Positions 18,236 to 27,052 of a DNA stretch of 64,000 bases are shown one piece after another. The notes under the pieces were generated by a model that was given only the letters and a program-made list of their open reading frames with translations, ran no database searches and was not told the DNA's origin. This stretch comes from an uncultured bacterium (lineage in GTDB: Bacteria > Desulfobacterota > Desulfobaccia > Desulfobaccales > 0-14-0-80-60-11), in contig CALEAV010000014.1 in NCBI GenBank assembly GCA_937943575.1, forward strand, positions 51,857-115,856, written 5' to 3'. How positions within the stretch are numbered: the first letter of the stretch is position 1; every line of letters begins with the position of its first letter. The translations under genes and the position numbers were made by a program.

Positions 18236-18982
18236 ATGGCGAACAATCTGAGCCCCGCGGAAGTCACCCGGTATTCGTATCAGATTGCGTTGCGGGAGTG
18301 GGGCCGGGAGGCCCAGGAACGGCTCAAGGCCTCCCGGGTGCTCATCGCCGGGGCCGGCGGCCTGGGAAGCGCCGTGGCCCTGCACCTGCTGGCCACCGGG
18401 GTGGGAGCCCTGAGGCTGGTGGACGACTCCCGCATCACCCTGGCCGACCTCAACCTCAGCCCCCTCTACCGGGAACGGGACTTGGACAAACCCAAGGTGG
18501 CCATTGCGGAACGGCGCCTCAAGGAGGTCAACCCCTTTGTCATTGTGGAGGCCCAAGCCAAGACGGTGACGGAGACCAATCTGAGGCGCCTCACCTCCGG
18601 GTGCGCCCTTCTCATCGACGCCATGCCGGACCGGCCGGTGGGGGCGCTCTTGAACCACGCCGCCGTCCGCCACCGGCTGCCCCTCATCCACGCCTGGGTG
18701 GGAGCCATGGACGGCCACATCACCACCTTCTGGCCCGGCGTCGGCCCCTGCTACGCCTGCATCCTGAAGGAGCCCCCGCCGCCCCCGGAGGCCGCCCTGA
18801 TGGGGCCCCTGCCGGGGATCATGGGGGCGCTGTTGGCCTGGGAGGCCCTGCGCATCCTGGGCGGCCTCGGCCCCGCCCTTCTGGGGCGCCTCCTGGTCTT
18901 CAAGGGCCGCTGGTCCCACTTCCGGGAGGAGACCCTGCGCCCCCAGCCTGCCTGTCCGGCCTGCCGGCATCTGTGGGCCTGA
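18236..18982 (+). CDS. ThiF/MoeB/HesA-family E1-like adenylyltransferase
   Basis: Rossmann motif IAGAGGLGS, the RYSYQIAL N-terminus and two CxxC pairs (CYAC, CPAC). It is the C-terminal part of a longer spurious ORF. Confidence 0.8.
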   Translation: MANNLSPAEVTRYSYQIALREWGREAQERLKASRVLIAGAGGLGSAVALHLLATGVGALRLVDDSRITLADLNLSPLYRERDLDKPKVAIAERRLKEVNPFVIVEAQAKTVTETNLRRLTSGCALLIDAMPDRPVGALLNHAAVRHRLPLIHAWVGAMDGHITTFWPGVGPCYACILKEPPPPPEAALMGPLPGIMGALLAWEALRILGGLGPALLGRLLVFKGRWSHFREETLRPQPACPACRHLWA

Positions 18983-19438
18983 GAAAGGCGGGAGCCAGAA
19001 CGGCCAGGGACAAGGGAGGGGACGACCCGGCAGGTGCTCCTGCCCCCTAAATTGGGGAACCTTCCGCCCCGGCCCAGGCCTTCTCCGGAGAACAGCTCTC
19101 CTTGTGCCTGAGGGCCGCAGCTCCTCGCCGTACTTGGGGGAGTGCCCAGCCGCCTGCGCGCCTGAGGACCGCAGCCCCGAAAATACCCCTTCACCCCGCC
19201 CCCCCGACCTCTTGGCCCGGCGCCTGAGGGCCGTCGCAGCCAGCTGCCGGGGTCTCAATTCCTGACCCCTGGCTCGCCCCGCCCCGGCTTCCAGGAGGGC
19301 GCCCCTGCCTTCCTGTCCCTCCCCTGTCGGCCCCTTCCCGGCCTGGGGCTCCACCTTCCGGTCGGCAGACACAATCTGTCGCCGCCATCCCCCGGGGAAA
19401 TTATTTTCTTTTTTTCGCAAATAACTTCACTTTTTCTT

Positions 19439-19466
19439 TAAAGTTTCTCCCCGGCCCTCTCGAAGA
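19439..19466 (+). promoter_or_regulatory. Sigma28 (FliA)-type promoter candidate for flagellin
   Basis: TAAAGTTT (19439-19446), then N12, then CTCGAAGA. The -35 element matches the FliA consensus TAAAGTTT, but the -10 keeps only the CGA core of GCCGATAA. Confidence 0.45.
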
Positions 19467-19486
19467 GTGAGACAAATGCAGCATCA

Positions 19487-19520
19487 CCCTCCAAGGATGG
19501 GAGGGAAAGATACCAGGAGG
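19487..19520 (+). promoter_or_regulatory. CsrA-binding-site-like hairpin plus GGA-containing Shine-Dalgarno in the flagellin leader
   Basis: CCCTCC-AAGGAT-GGGAGG (19487-19504) places GGA in a hexaloop. The SD AGGAGG (15-20) lies 8 nt before the ATG at 19529. Confidence 0.5.
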
Positions 19521-19528
19521 TTCAGGCA

Positions 19529-20410
19529 ATGTCACTGGTGATCAACCACAATCTCATGGCCATGGGCGCGGCCCGGCACCTGAGTGCCACCTATGGCCGC
19601 CTGTCCCAGTCCGTGGCCCGGCTGGCCTCGGGCCTGCGCATCAACTCCGCCGCCGACGACGCCGCCGGCCTGGCGATCCGGGAGATGATGCGCACCGACA
19701 TCCGGGTCCTGCAGCAGGGGGTACGCAACGCCAATGACGCCATCTCCCTCATCCAGACCGCCGACGGCGCCTTGTCCGTCATTGATGAAAAACTCACCCG
19801 CATGAAGGAGCTGGCGGAGCAGGCGGCCACCGGCACCTATACCGACGTCCAGCGCCTCATTATGGACAGCGAATACCAGGCCATGGCCTCGGAGATCTCC
19901 CGCATTGCCAACGCCACCGACTTCAACGGGGTCAAGCTCCTGGACGGCAGCCTCTCCGGCACCGGCCTGGCGGGGGGTCCCGGTCAGCAGCTGAAAATCC
20001 ACTTCGGCACCGGCAACAGCTCGGCGGAAGACTACTATTATATCCGCATAAATGCGGCCACTGCCTCCGCCTTCGGTCTGGGGAACAACGCCCGGGTGGG
20101 CCCCGGCTACACCATCAGCACCCAGGCGGCGGCCCAGCAGGCCCTGGAGGCCATCGACCTGGCGGTGACCAGCAAGGACAACATCCGCGCGGCCCTGGGC
20201 GCCGTGGCCAACCGTCTGGCCAACACCATCACCAACCTCACCATCCAGGCGGAGAACCTCCAGGCGGCGGAGTCCCGCATCTCCGATGTCAACGTGGCCA
20301 CGGAGATGACGGAATTCGTCCGCAATCAGATCCTGACCCAGGCGGCGGTGGCCATGCTGGCCCAGGCCAATGCCCTGCCGCAGCTGGCCCTGCAACTGAT
20401 CCGCGGCTAG
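19529..20410 (+). CDS. fliC: Flagellin
   Basis: Conserved N-terminal domain (INHNLMAM...LSSGLRINSAADDAAGLAI...NANDAISLIQTADGAL) and C-terminal domain (RISDVNVATEMTEF..ILTQA..AMLAQAN). Confidence 0.9.
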   Translation: MSLVINHNLMAMGAARHLSATYGRLSQSVARLASGLRINSAADDAAGLAIREMMRTDIRVLQQGVRNANDAISLIQTADGALSVIDEKLTRMKELAEQAATGTYTDVQRLIMDSEYQAMASEISRIANATDFNGVKLLDGSLSGTGLAGGPGQQLKIHFGTGNSSAEDYYYIRINAATASAFGLGNNARVGPGYTISTQAAAQQALEAIDLAVTSKDNIRAALGAVANRLANTITNLTIQAENLQAAESRISDVNVATEMTEFVRNQILTQAAVAMLAQANALPQLALQLIRG

Positions 20411-20448
20411 GCCGCCGGGTGAGCATACAGCCTTAAGGAGGGAGAGCC

Positions 20449-20724
20449 ATGCAGGCAGATCAGCTCTCGAGCCACCTGATGCTCACCATCGAGCAGGTCT
20501 CCCAGCTCACCGGGGTGCGCAAATCCACCCTGCGCTACTGGGAAAAGGCCTTCGAGCCCTTTCTGCGGCCGGCCCGGACCCATTCCAACCGGAGGGAATA
20601 CACCCTGGAGGACGTGGACCGCATCAAACTCATCCGGACCCTGTTGGAGGAGGAGCACCTCACCCCCGCCGGGGTGCGCATGCGCCTGGCCCAGATGGAT
20701 CAGGAGGCCTCCGCCGCCGGGTGA
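20449..20724 (+). CDS. Minimal MerR-family HTH protein
   Basis: LTIEQVSQLTGVRKSTLRYWEK...REYTLEDVDRIKLIRTLL is a MerR-type HTH plus wing. At 91 aa there is no effector domain. Confidence 0.7.
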   Translation: MQADQLSSHLMLTIEQVSQLTGVRKSTLRYWEKAFEPFLRPARTHSNRREYTLEDVDRIKLIRTLLEEEHLTPAGVRMRLAQMDQEASAAG

Positions 20725-21282
20725 GAACTGCTCCTTTACAGGGGCGACGCCGGTGGTCATGTCAAGGATCAGGGGAAGAACGCCGGACAGCCGAAGCACA
20801 AGGGAGCCGGAGGCGAGCGGCGGACGCCGGGAAGATGAAACGGGAAGAGCCTGTCCGGCTTGACGCCCACTAAGGAGACGCCCCCTGCAGGGGTGAGGGC
20901 CGGGCTGGGGGAAGGCGGGCCCCAAGTCACCTGCCCCCGGAAGACTCCACCCAGGGGAGGCCAGCAGGCTTGTCGGTCCGAAGGAAACGGGGGGAGTGGC
21001 GGGCCCCCGGGGGATGAGGAACTGGCCCCCAGGAGTCTGACCGCCACCCTGCGGATAAAAGGAACGTGCCCAAGAAGCGGCAGCAGACCATCTCAGGGAC
21101 CCCGGGGATGACCCGGCCGGCACCGGGGCATGCAGGAAGAGGACGGGAATTGAGGTGAGGCGTGCAGGGCGCTGGTTCAGCCCACGGTGGGAGGGGAGGG
21201 AAGGGGGCCCCCACCCCTCCCCACCGCGACGGCAATGGGAGAGCGCCGGCCGAAGGCACTCACCTGCACTGCCGATGGCTCC

Positions 21283-21519
21283 TCAGCCTTCCGGGACCGC
21301 CTTGGGCTTGCAGAGAAATTCCTCCGAGGTGGCCAGCCGGCCGCACTGCTCACAGACGTATTTGATGTCCTCCAGCTTGCCCTTGCAGAAGTGCTTGGCA
21401 TGGGGCGCCTTCTCCCCGCAGTAGGCGCAGGTCATGACCTCGGTCTTGGGGTTGCACAGATGACCGGGCTCCTCCGCCAGCGCCCCGCAGGTTTCACACA
21501 CATACACCCGTTTCGCCAT
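21283..21519 (-). CDS. Small Cys-rich protein with three CxxC-x9/10-C repeats (putative metal-binding)
   Basis: 78 aa starting MAKRVYVCETCG. Three similar modules are present (YVCETCG..HLCNPK, MTCAYCG..HFCKGK, YVCEQCG..FLCKPK). A GGAGGGGG RBS precedes the start. Confidence 0.55.
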   Translation of the reverse strand: MAKRVYVCETCGALAEEPGHLCNPKTEVMTCAYCGEKAPHAKHFCKGKLEDIKYVCEQCGRLATSEEFLCKPKAVPEG

Positions 21520-21629
21520 GGTCTTTCCCCCTCCTGGGAATTTTCTCTTTAACATAATTTTTACCAGATAGATGTCAAGGGAATCTCCCCACAATAATGG
21601 GGAAGGACAGAGGCCGGGGGCAGGGATTC

Positions 21630-22565
21630 TCAGGCCGTCAGGCTGAGGGAGCCGACGGTGCTGTCCAGGACGGCCCGGATTCCCAGCGGGAGGGTGAAGT
21701 TGTCCGGCTGATGGCCCACCGGGAGTCCGGCCAAAACCGGCACTCTGAGGGGGGCCAGGGCCTGGGCCAGCACCTCCAGCACCTCCCCCGGGTCCGCCCC
21801 GGTACCGGTGAAGGCCCCCAGCACCACCCCCGCCACCTCCTCCAGGGCCCCGGCGTAAAGGAGGTGGGTCAGCAGACGGTCCAGGCGGTAAGGGGCTTCA
21901 TTGTGATCCTCCAAAAAAAGGATGCTTCCCCGGAGGCAGGGCATGTAGGGGGTGCCCACCAGGTGGCAGAGGGTGGTGAGATTGCCCCCGACCAGGGGGC
22001 CGGCAGCCGCGCCGGGGTGAAGGACCGTGAGGCCCTCAAATCGGCGGGGTTCCGGCGCGGGGGCGGCCAGCCAGCGGAAAAAATCCTCCCGGGCGGCGGG
22101 GCTTAAGGCGGGAAGATGGGCCACGGTGGGGCCGTGGAAGGCCGCCACCCCCAGGCGCTGCAGGGCAAACAGGAGCAGGGCGGTCAGGTCGCTGAAGCCC
22201 ACCAGCCGCAGGCCCCGGGACTGAAGGGACTTCGCCTGCAGATGGGGCAGAATCCTGAAGGAGCCGTAGCCGCCCCGGGCGCCGATGATGGCGGTAATCT
22301 CCGGGTCAGACCACGCCTGCTCCAGCGCCCGGGCCCGGGCCGCATCCGCCTCCCGGCCCCAAGGGCGGGGGGTAGTCACCTCCCCGCCCACTTTCACCCC
22401 ATAGCCGGCCCGGCGCAGCACTTCCACCCCGGCCTGCAGCTGGTCCGGCTTCACCGGGCTGGCGGGCGCCGCCACCGCCAGGGTGTCCCCGGCCCGGGCC
22501 GGCGGCGGCCACCGGGGGGCAAGGGACTCAGGCACCGGCCCTCCTCCCGGGTGCGCCGGGGGCAT
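21630..22565 (-). CDS. ldcA: LD-carboxypeptidase (peptidase S66, LdcA-like)
   Basis: S66 family pattern: GDTLAVAAPASPV, the nucleophile region VGFSDLTALL and the C-terminal PVGHQPDN. The N-terminal start is uncertain. Confidence 0.75.
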   Translation of the reverse strand: MPPAHPGGGPVPESLAPRWPPPARAGDTLAVAAPASPVKPDQLQAGVEVLRRAGYGVKVGGEVTTPRPWGREADAARARALEQAWSDPEITAIIGARGGYGSFRILPHLQAKSLQSRGLRLVGFSDLTALLLFALQRLGVAAFHGPTVAHLPALSPAAREDFFRWLAAPAPEPRRFEGLTVLHPGAAAGPLVGGNLTTLCHLVGTPYMPCLRGSILFLEDHNEAPYRLDRLLTHLLYAGALEEVAGVVLGAFTGTGADPGEVLEVLAQALAPLRVPVLAGLPVGHQPDNFTLPLGIRAVLDSTVGSLSLTA

Positions 22566-22811
22566 GCCGGGACCCGGCGTGTGCTTTTGTCCCCCCCATT
22601 CTTCGTCCAGGGGTGCCGGGGGGAGCCCCTTGCGGGACGCCAGCTTGTCGGGGCCTGCCCCCCTGGGCCCGCGTCCCCGCTGCTGCCGAACCGGCTGGAA
22701 TTCCTTCGACCATTTTCTTACAATAATCCTTGTCGCAACAGGGAGGAAGGCCTTAATAAAGGCCGGGGTGTCATGGTCTCATCATCAGTCCCATGGTGCT
22801 GATGCCCGCCG

Positions 22812-24338
22812 ATGAAGACGGAAGTGCACCTGCCGGATAAGTGGGGGGGGTGGCTGCCGCCCCTTTGTCTGGCCTCGATCGTGGGCCTGGCGGTCCTTTT
22901 CCGCCTGGCGGATCTAGGGGCCCGCAATCTCTGGTCCGATGAGGCCTGGGTGGCCCTGGCGGTGTTGAAGCCCACGGTCACGGAGGCCCTGGCAGCCGGG
23001 CAATCCACCCCGCCCTTCTACCTCCTCACCCTCCACGTCCTGGCTCGGGTCTTCGGGGGGAGCGAGGTGGTGCTGCGCTCCCTCTCCTTCGCCTTCGGGG
23101 TGGGCACGGTGGTCCTCTTCTGGCCCCTGGCCCGACGCCTGGCGCCCTCGGCCGCCGCCTGGCTGGGACTGGCTGCAGTGGGCGCCGCCCCCGTGCTGGT
23201 CTACTTCTCCAAGGAACTGAAGCAGTACAGCGGCGACGCCTTCTTTGCCGTGCTTGTCGTCCTCCTCACCGAGCGCTTCCTTGAGCGCCCCGGTCGTGGC
23301 CGCCTGGCCCTCCTGGCCGCCGCCGGCGGGCTGGGCCTGGGTTTTTCCCACCCCCTCATCTTCGTGCTGCCGGTGGCGGGATCGGTGGCTCTCCTCCAGG
23401 TGCCGGGATGGTGGCGAAGGCTTTTGGCGGTGATGGGCCTGTGGGCCGCCAGCTTTCTTGGCCTCTACCTGGCCTTTTTCCGACACCAGGTGAATGCGGA
23501 GCTGGTTTCCTACTGGAGCAGCGAGTTTCCGGATTTCTCCGGCCCCTCTGCCTTTGTCTTCTGGCTGGCAGGAGCCCTGAGCCGCTATTTTCATTATTTC
23601 TTTGGTGACGGGGCGGCGTGGTGGGCGCCCCCGGCCCTGGCGGCGGGTCTGGGGGCCCTAAGGCCGCCGGCACGCCGGCGCCTGCTCCTCTATCTGGGGG
23701 GGCCCCTGATGTTGGCCTTTATTGCCGCAGCCCTGCACCGCTACCCCTTCATGGCCCGCTACAACGGCAGCCGCCTGCTTCTGTTTTCAGCCCCCTTCCT
23801 GTATCTCGGGGCGGCGGCGGGCGTGGCCCTGGCATTTTTGCGCTTGCATGAATGGCGCCGGGGGGCCGCCTGGGGCTTGGCCCTGCTTCTGCTGGCCAGC
23901 CTCCAGCCCCTGGGGATGGTGAAGGAGAACCTCCACCCCACCCTGCAGCGCCGACAGATCACCCCCCTCCTGGCCCGGCTGGAGCGGGAGTTCGGCCCCC
24001 TGGATCTTTTGTATGTCTATCATTACGCCGTCTATCCCTTCCGTTATTACCGGCCCGATTTCCCGCCTGAGCAGGTGCGCTTCGGCGCCACCGTCCATGA
24101 CCGGAACCTCTTCCCCGGGGATGAGGAGGAGGACGACGACGATGATCCCCCGGTGCGGGTGTGGCTTCTGGCGGCCCACTTTCCCGGAGGGGACTTCCTG
24201 GACAGCTTCGCCGCCGGACTGCTGGGTCCGGGGTGGGTGGCCACCGCCCGCTACCAGGAACCCGGCGCGGCGCTGATCTGCTTCGAGCGGGACGCCCGCC
24301 TCACCGCCCGCCGGAAGGCGGCATCAGGGCCACCCTGA
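22812..24338 (+). CDS. ArnT/PMT-like (GT39/GT83-type) membrane glycosyltransferase
   Basis: 508 aa with more than 8 predicted TM helices and an N-terminal NLWSDEAWVAL-type loop, typical of this family. The C-terminal domain is soluble. Confidence 0.55.
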   Translation: MKTEVHLPDKWGGWLPPLCLASIVGLAVLFRLADLGARNLWSDEAWVALAVLKPTVTEALAAGQSTPPFYLLTLHVLARVFGGSEVVLRSLSFAFGVGTVVLFWPLARRLAPSAAAWLGLAAVGAAPVLVYFSKELKQYSGDAFFAVLVVLLTERFLERPGRGRLALLAAAGGLGLGFSHPLIFVLPVAGSVALLQVPGWWRRLLAVMGLWAASFLGLYLAFFRHQVNAELVSYWSSEFPDFSGPSAFVFWLAGALSRYFHYFFGDGAAWWAPPALAAGLGALRPPARRRLLLYLGGPLMLAFIAAALHRYPFMARYNGSRLLLFSAPFLYLGAAAGVALAFLRLHEWRRGAAWGLALLLLASLQPLGMVKENLHPTLQRRQITPLLARLEREFGPLDLLYVYHYAVYPFRYYRPDFPPEQVRFGATVHDRNLFPGDEEEDDDDDPPVRVWLLAAHFPGGDFLDSFAAGLLGPGWVATARYQEPGAALICFERDARLTARRKAASGPP

Positions 24339-24539
24339 GGGCCGGACCGGGTCTGCCGCCGCGGGTCGCCTCCCTTGTTCCACGAAGTTACGAGGGCGCC
24401 TGAGAAATTCGCCCGGGGCGGATATCTTTCTGAACCAAATATCCGGGGCGCTTTTTCCCTGCAAGGGATGCGTTTCAAAGGGAAAAGCCCTCCCCCGGGA
24501 GAGGGACCCCGCCGCTTTCCGCGGCGGCTGACGGGGGCG

Positions 24540-24960
24540 GACATCGGGGTCCGATCACTCAGGCCATTATCATTATTTCTTGTTCTGAAAATCGTTCAAG
24601 TGACTTTTAAAGATCACGGTTTCTTTCCATTTATTGCAAGGCCGATCCTGATAATCAATGACGCGTTTTGAGCGTATATTCTAAAGAGATCCATGAATGT
24701 CAATCCATGCCCGGAAATCTTGACAGAATCATCTTTTAATGTGACCTCTCTGATTTTATCCAGACACGCATTTATCGATTCACTTCAAGCTTTATGTCCC
24801 AGGATCTCTTCCCCAAAGAAAAGAGAATGCATTGAATCCCCCTCCTATTCAGGGAAAATACCAAATAAACTGTCATGGGCGAGAGTAACGTCTTTGCCTT
24901 TTGACCAATGCTTCTCCCGAAAGTGAGGCGGCTAGGGCATTCAAATCCACGCCTTCTGGC
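24540..24960. other. AT-rich island without a convincing gene
   Basis: About 420 nt that is visibly far lower in GC than the flanks. Only short ORFs without recognisable families are present. Confidence 0.6.
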
Positions 24961-25287
24961 AGGTCGGCCGGTCTTCCCCATCGCCGGCCACGGCCAGGGG
25001 GAAAAATTTCCAGGGGAAAAGATCAGTCACATATCACTTCCTGCATCTGTCATCATTTTCCCTGCCCAGTCTTCCCCCCGCCGGCCTTTGGGCCCGGGAC
25101 CATGAAGCGGCCTGCCCCTCCCTCATCCTCTCCAGGGCCGGGGAATCCCTGGAAAAACGTCCCCCCCGGCCGACGGCCCTCCGGCAGGCCCTGACCGCCC
25201 GAGCCGGGGGGCGATGATGGGGTGGGGAGGATGGTCCGGGAGCGGGGCGGGACCGGAGCCCGCCTCCGTGGCTGCACCCCCCTGTGC

Positions 25288-25602
25288 TCAGCCCTCCCGG
25301 GGGAGGCAGCGCACCTCCCGGACCACTCCCGGCCCCAGGGCCGCCTCCAGCTCCGCCAAAAGCCTGGGCTTCAGGTAATGGAGCTCCTGCATCCACGCCC
25401 CCGAAGCGACCGCCACCACCAGTTCCCGGCGCCGGAATTCCACCAGGACGGCTTGGGCCTGCAGGGGCGGAGGGACCACCCGCTCCCAGACCTCCCGGAT
25501 CCGGCGGCGCTGTTCCAGGGCCTGCCAGTCCCCGGGCTTGATGAGCCCCTCCAGGACCTCCCTCAGCGGCAATGGCCGGGGCGCGGTTTTGCGGGGAGCC
25601 AT
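25288..25602 (-). CDS. DUF721/DciA-like protein
   Basis: 104 aa starting MAPRKT with a GGGAGGGAGAG RBS. The pattern WERVVPPPLQAQAVLVEFRRRELVVAVASGAWMQELHYLKPRLL is typical of DUF721. Confidence 0.6.
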   Translation of the reverse strand: MAPRKTAPRPLPLREVLEGLIKPGDWQALEQRRRIREVWERVVPPPLQAQAVLVEFRRRELVVAVASGAWMQELHYLKPRLLAELEAALGPGVVREVRCLPREG

Positions 25603-25767
25603 GGCCTCTCCCTCCCTTGATATCCTGACCCCGGGACCGGGCCCATACCCGAAAGGAAAAGCAAGAGGGCGCCGGCCGCCTGTCTTCTCCCCCACCGCCG
25701 CCCTTTCGCCCCCGCCCCCGGGAGGGGCGAAGGGGCTCACCCTCCCCCGCCCCCTCGGGCCTGGCCC

Positions 25768-26946
25768 CTAAAAATCCCGCCGGGCACGCCTGAACCCGGG
25801 GGCGGCCCGCTCGATGACCTCCTCCGGGACGCAGAAGGCCAGGCGGAAATAGCCCGCCCGGCCGAACCCCCGGCCCGGTACGGCCAGGATGTTCTCCGCC
25901 TTGAGCCGGGCCACGAAGGCCAGATCGTCTCCTCCCGGCGCCTGGGGGAAGAAATAGAAGGCGCCCCTGGGCATGACGAAGTCATAGCCGGCCTCCCTTA
26001 GGACCTGAGCAAAAAGCTCCCGGCGCCGGGCATAAGGGGCCACCTCCACGGCCTCCCCGGCCACCGCCGCCACCACCCGCTGCATCAGGGCCGGGGCATT
26101 GACAAACCCGAGGATGCGGTTGGCCAGCACCATGCCGGCCACCAGCTCCTCCCGGTCCGCCGCCCGGGGGGAGACCGCCGCCAGCCCCAGGCGCTCCCCG
26201 GGAATGGAGAGCTCCTTGGAGGAGGAGGTGATGAGGATGGTGTGGGGGTAGATCTGAAAGAGGTTGGGCAGGGTCACACCGTCATACACCAGCCGGCCGT
26301 AGGGCTCGTCCGCCAGGAGATAGACCGGCTCCCCCCGCCGCTCCCCGAAATCGGTGAGCAGCCGCCCCAGCTCCCGCAGGGCCGCCTCCTCATACACCTG
26401 GCCGGTGGGATTGTGGGGCGAATTGAGAATCAGGGCCCGGGTGCGGGGGCTTAAGGCGGCCCCGATGGCGGCAGGATCCAGGTTGAAGCGGGCATCCGTC
26501 TCCACCACCCGGGGAAGGCCGCCGTGATTGTCCACATAAAAGAGGTATTCCGGGAAATAGGGGGCCAGGATGATGACCTCATCCCCGGGATCCAAAAGGG
26601 CCTTCAAGGCGAGGTTGAGCCCGCCGGCGGCGCCGCAGGTGAGGATCAGGTCCCCGGCGGTGAAGAGCTCGCCGTAACGTTGCCGGAGAAAGGCGGCCAG
26701 GGCCTCCCGGGCGGCGGGCAATCCGGCGTTGGGCATGTAGCCGTGCAGGCCGGGGCGGGGATCCGCCGCCGCCTCCCGCAAGGCCTCCTTGAAGCGGGGG
26801 GGCGGCTCCAGATCCGGGTTCCCCAGGGTGAAATCACAGACCTTGTCCGGCCCCAGGCGGGCCTTGAGCTCCGCCCCCTCCTCAAACATGCGCCGGATCC
26901 AGGAGGCGCTCTCCAGGGCCGCCCGGATCTTTTTCGACACACCCAT
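25768..26946 (-). CDS. Class I/II PLP-dependent aminotransferase
   Basis: Starts MGVSKKIRAALESASWIRRMFEEG. Contains NPHNPTGQVY and the PLP-lysine region SSSKELSIPGERLG. Confidence 0.85.
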   Translation of the reverse strand: MGVSKKIRAALESASWIRRMFEEGAELKARLGPDKVCDFTLGNPDLEPPPRFKEALREAAADPRPGLHGYMPNAGLPAAREALAAFLRQRYGELFTAGDLILTCGAAGGLNLALKALLDPGDEVIILAPYFPEYLFYVDNHGGLPRVVETDARFNLDPAAIGAALSPRTRALILNSPHNPTGQVYEEAALRELGRLLTDFGERRGEPVYLLADEPYGRLVYDGVTLPNLFQIYPHTILITSSSKELSIPGERLGLAAVSPRAADREELVAGMVLANRILGFVNAPALMQRVVAAVAGEAVEVAPYARRRELFAQVLREAGYDFVMPRGAFYFFPQAPGGDDLAFVARLKAENILAVPGRGFGRAGYFRLAFCVPEEVIERAAPGFRRARRDF

Positions 26947-27052
26947 GGTTGCCTCACATGTCAGACTTCGGGGCCTGTCTTTCATGGACCGCCGCTGACG
27001 GCTGCGGGCCTGGGGCAGGGCTGCCGGCCCGCCGGTCGCAAGCCCCGCCAGT

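Noticed and set aside
13420-18982. Thiazole/oxazole-type RiPP cluster (SagB-like dehydrogenase + ThiF-like E1 + ABC exporter)
   Set aside because: - No YcaO or precursor-peptide candidate is present.
- The SagB-like protein has a secretion signal.
- The ThiF-like protein has MoeB/ThiF-type CxxC pairs and lies on the opposite strand.

These are more simply read as unrelated housekeeping genes.
24510-24560. tRNA 3' fragment or integration att site at the left edge of the AT-rich island (GGGGTCCGATCAC)
   Set aside because: It only vaguely resembles a T-arm (GGTTCGAATCC). No acceptor stem or CCA context is present, no matching direct repeat occurs at the right edge, and there is no integrase nearby.
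24693-24926. 77-aa ORF inside the AT-rich island as a gene
   Set aside because: It has no RBS, no recognisable motif and a mirror ORF on the other strand. The evidence is insufficient to annotate a CDS.
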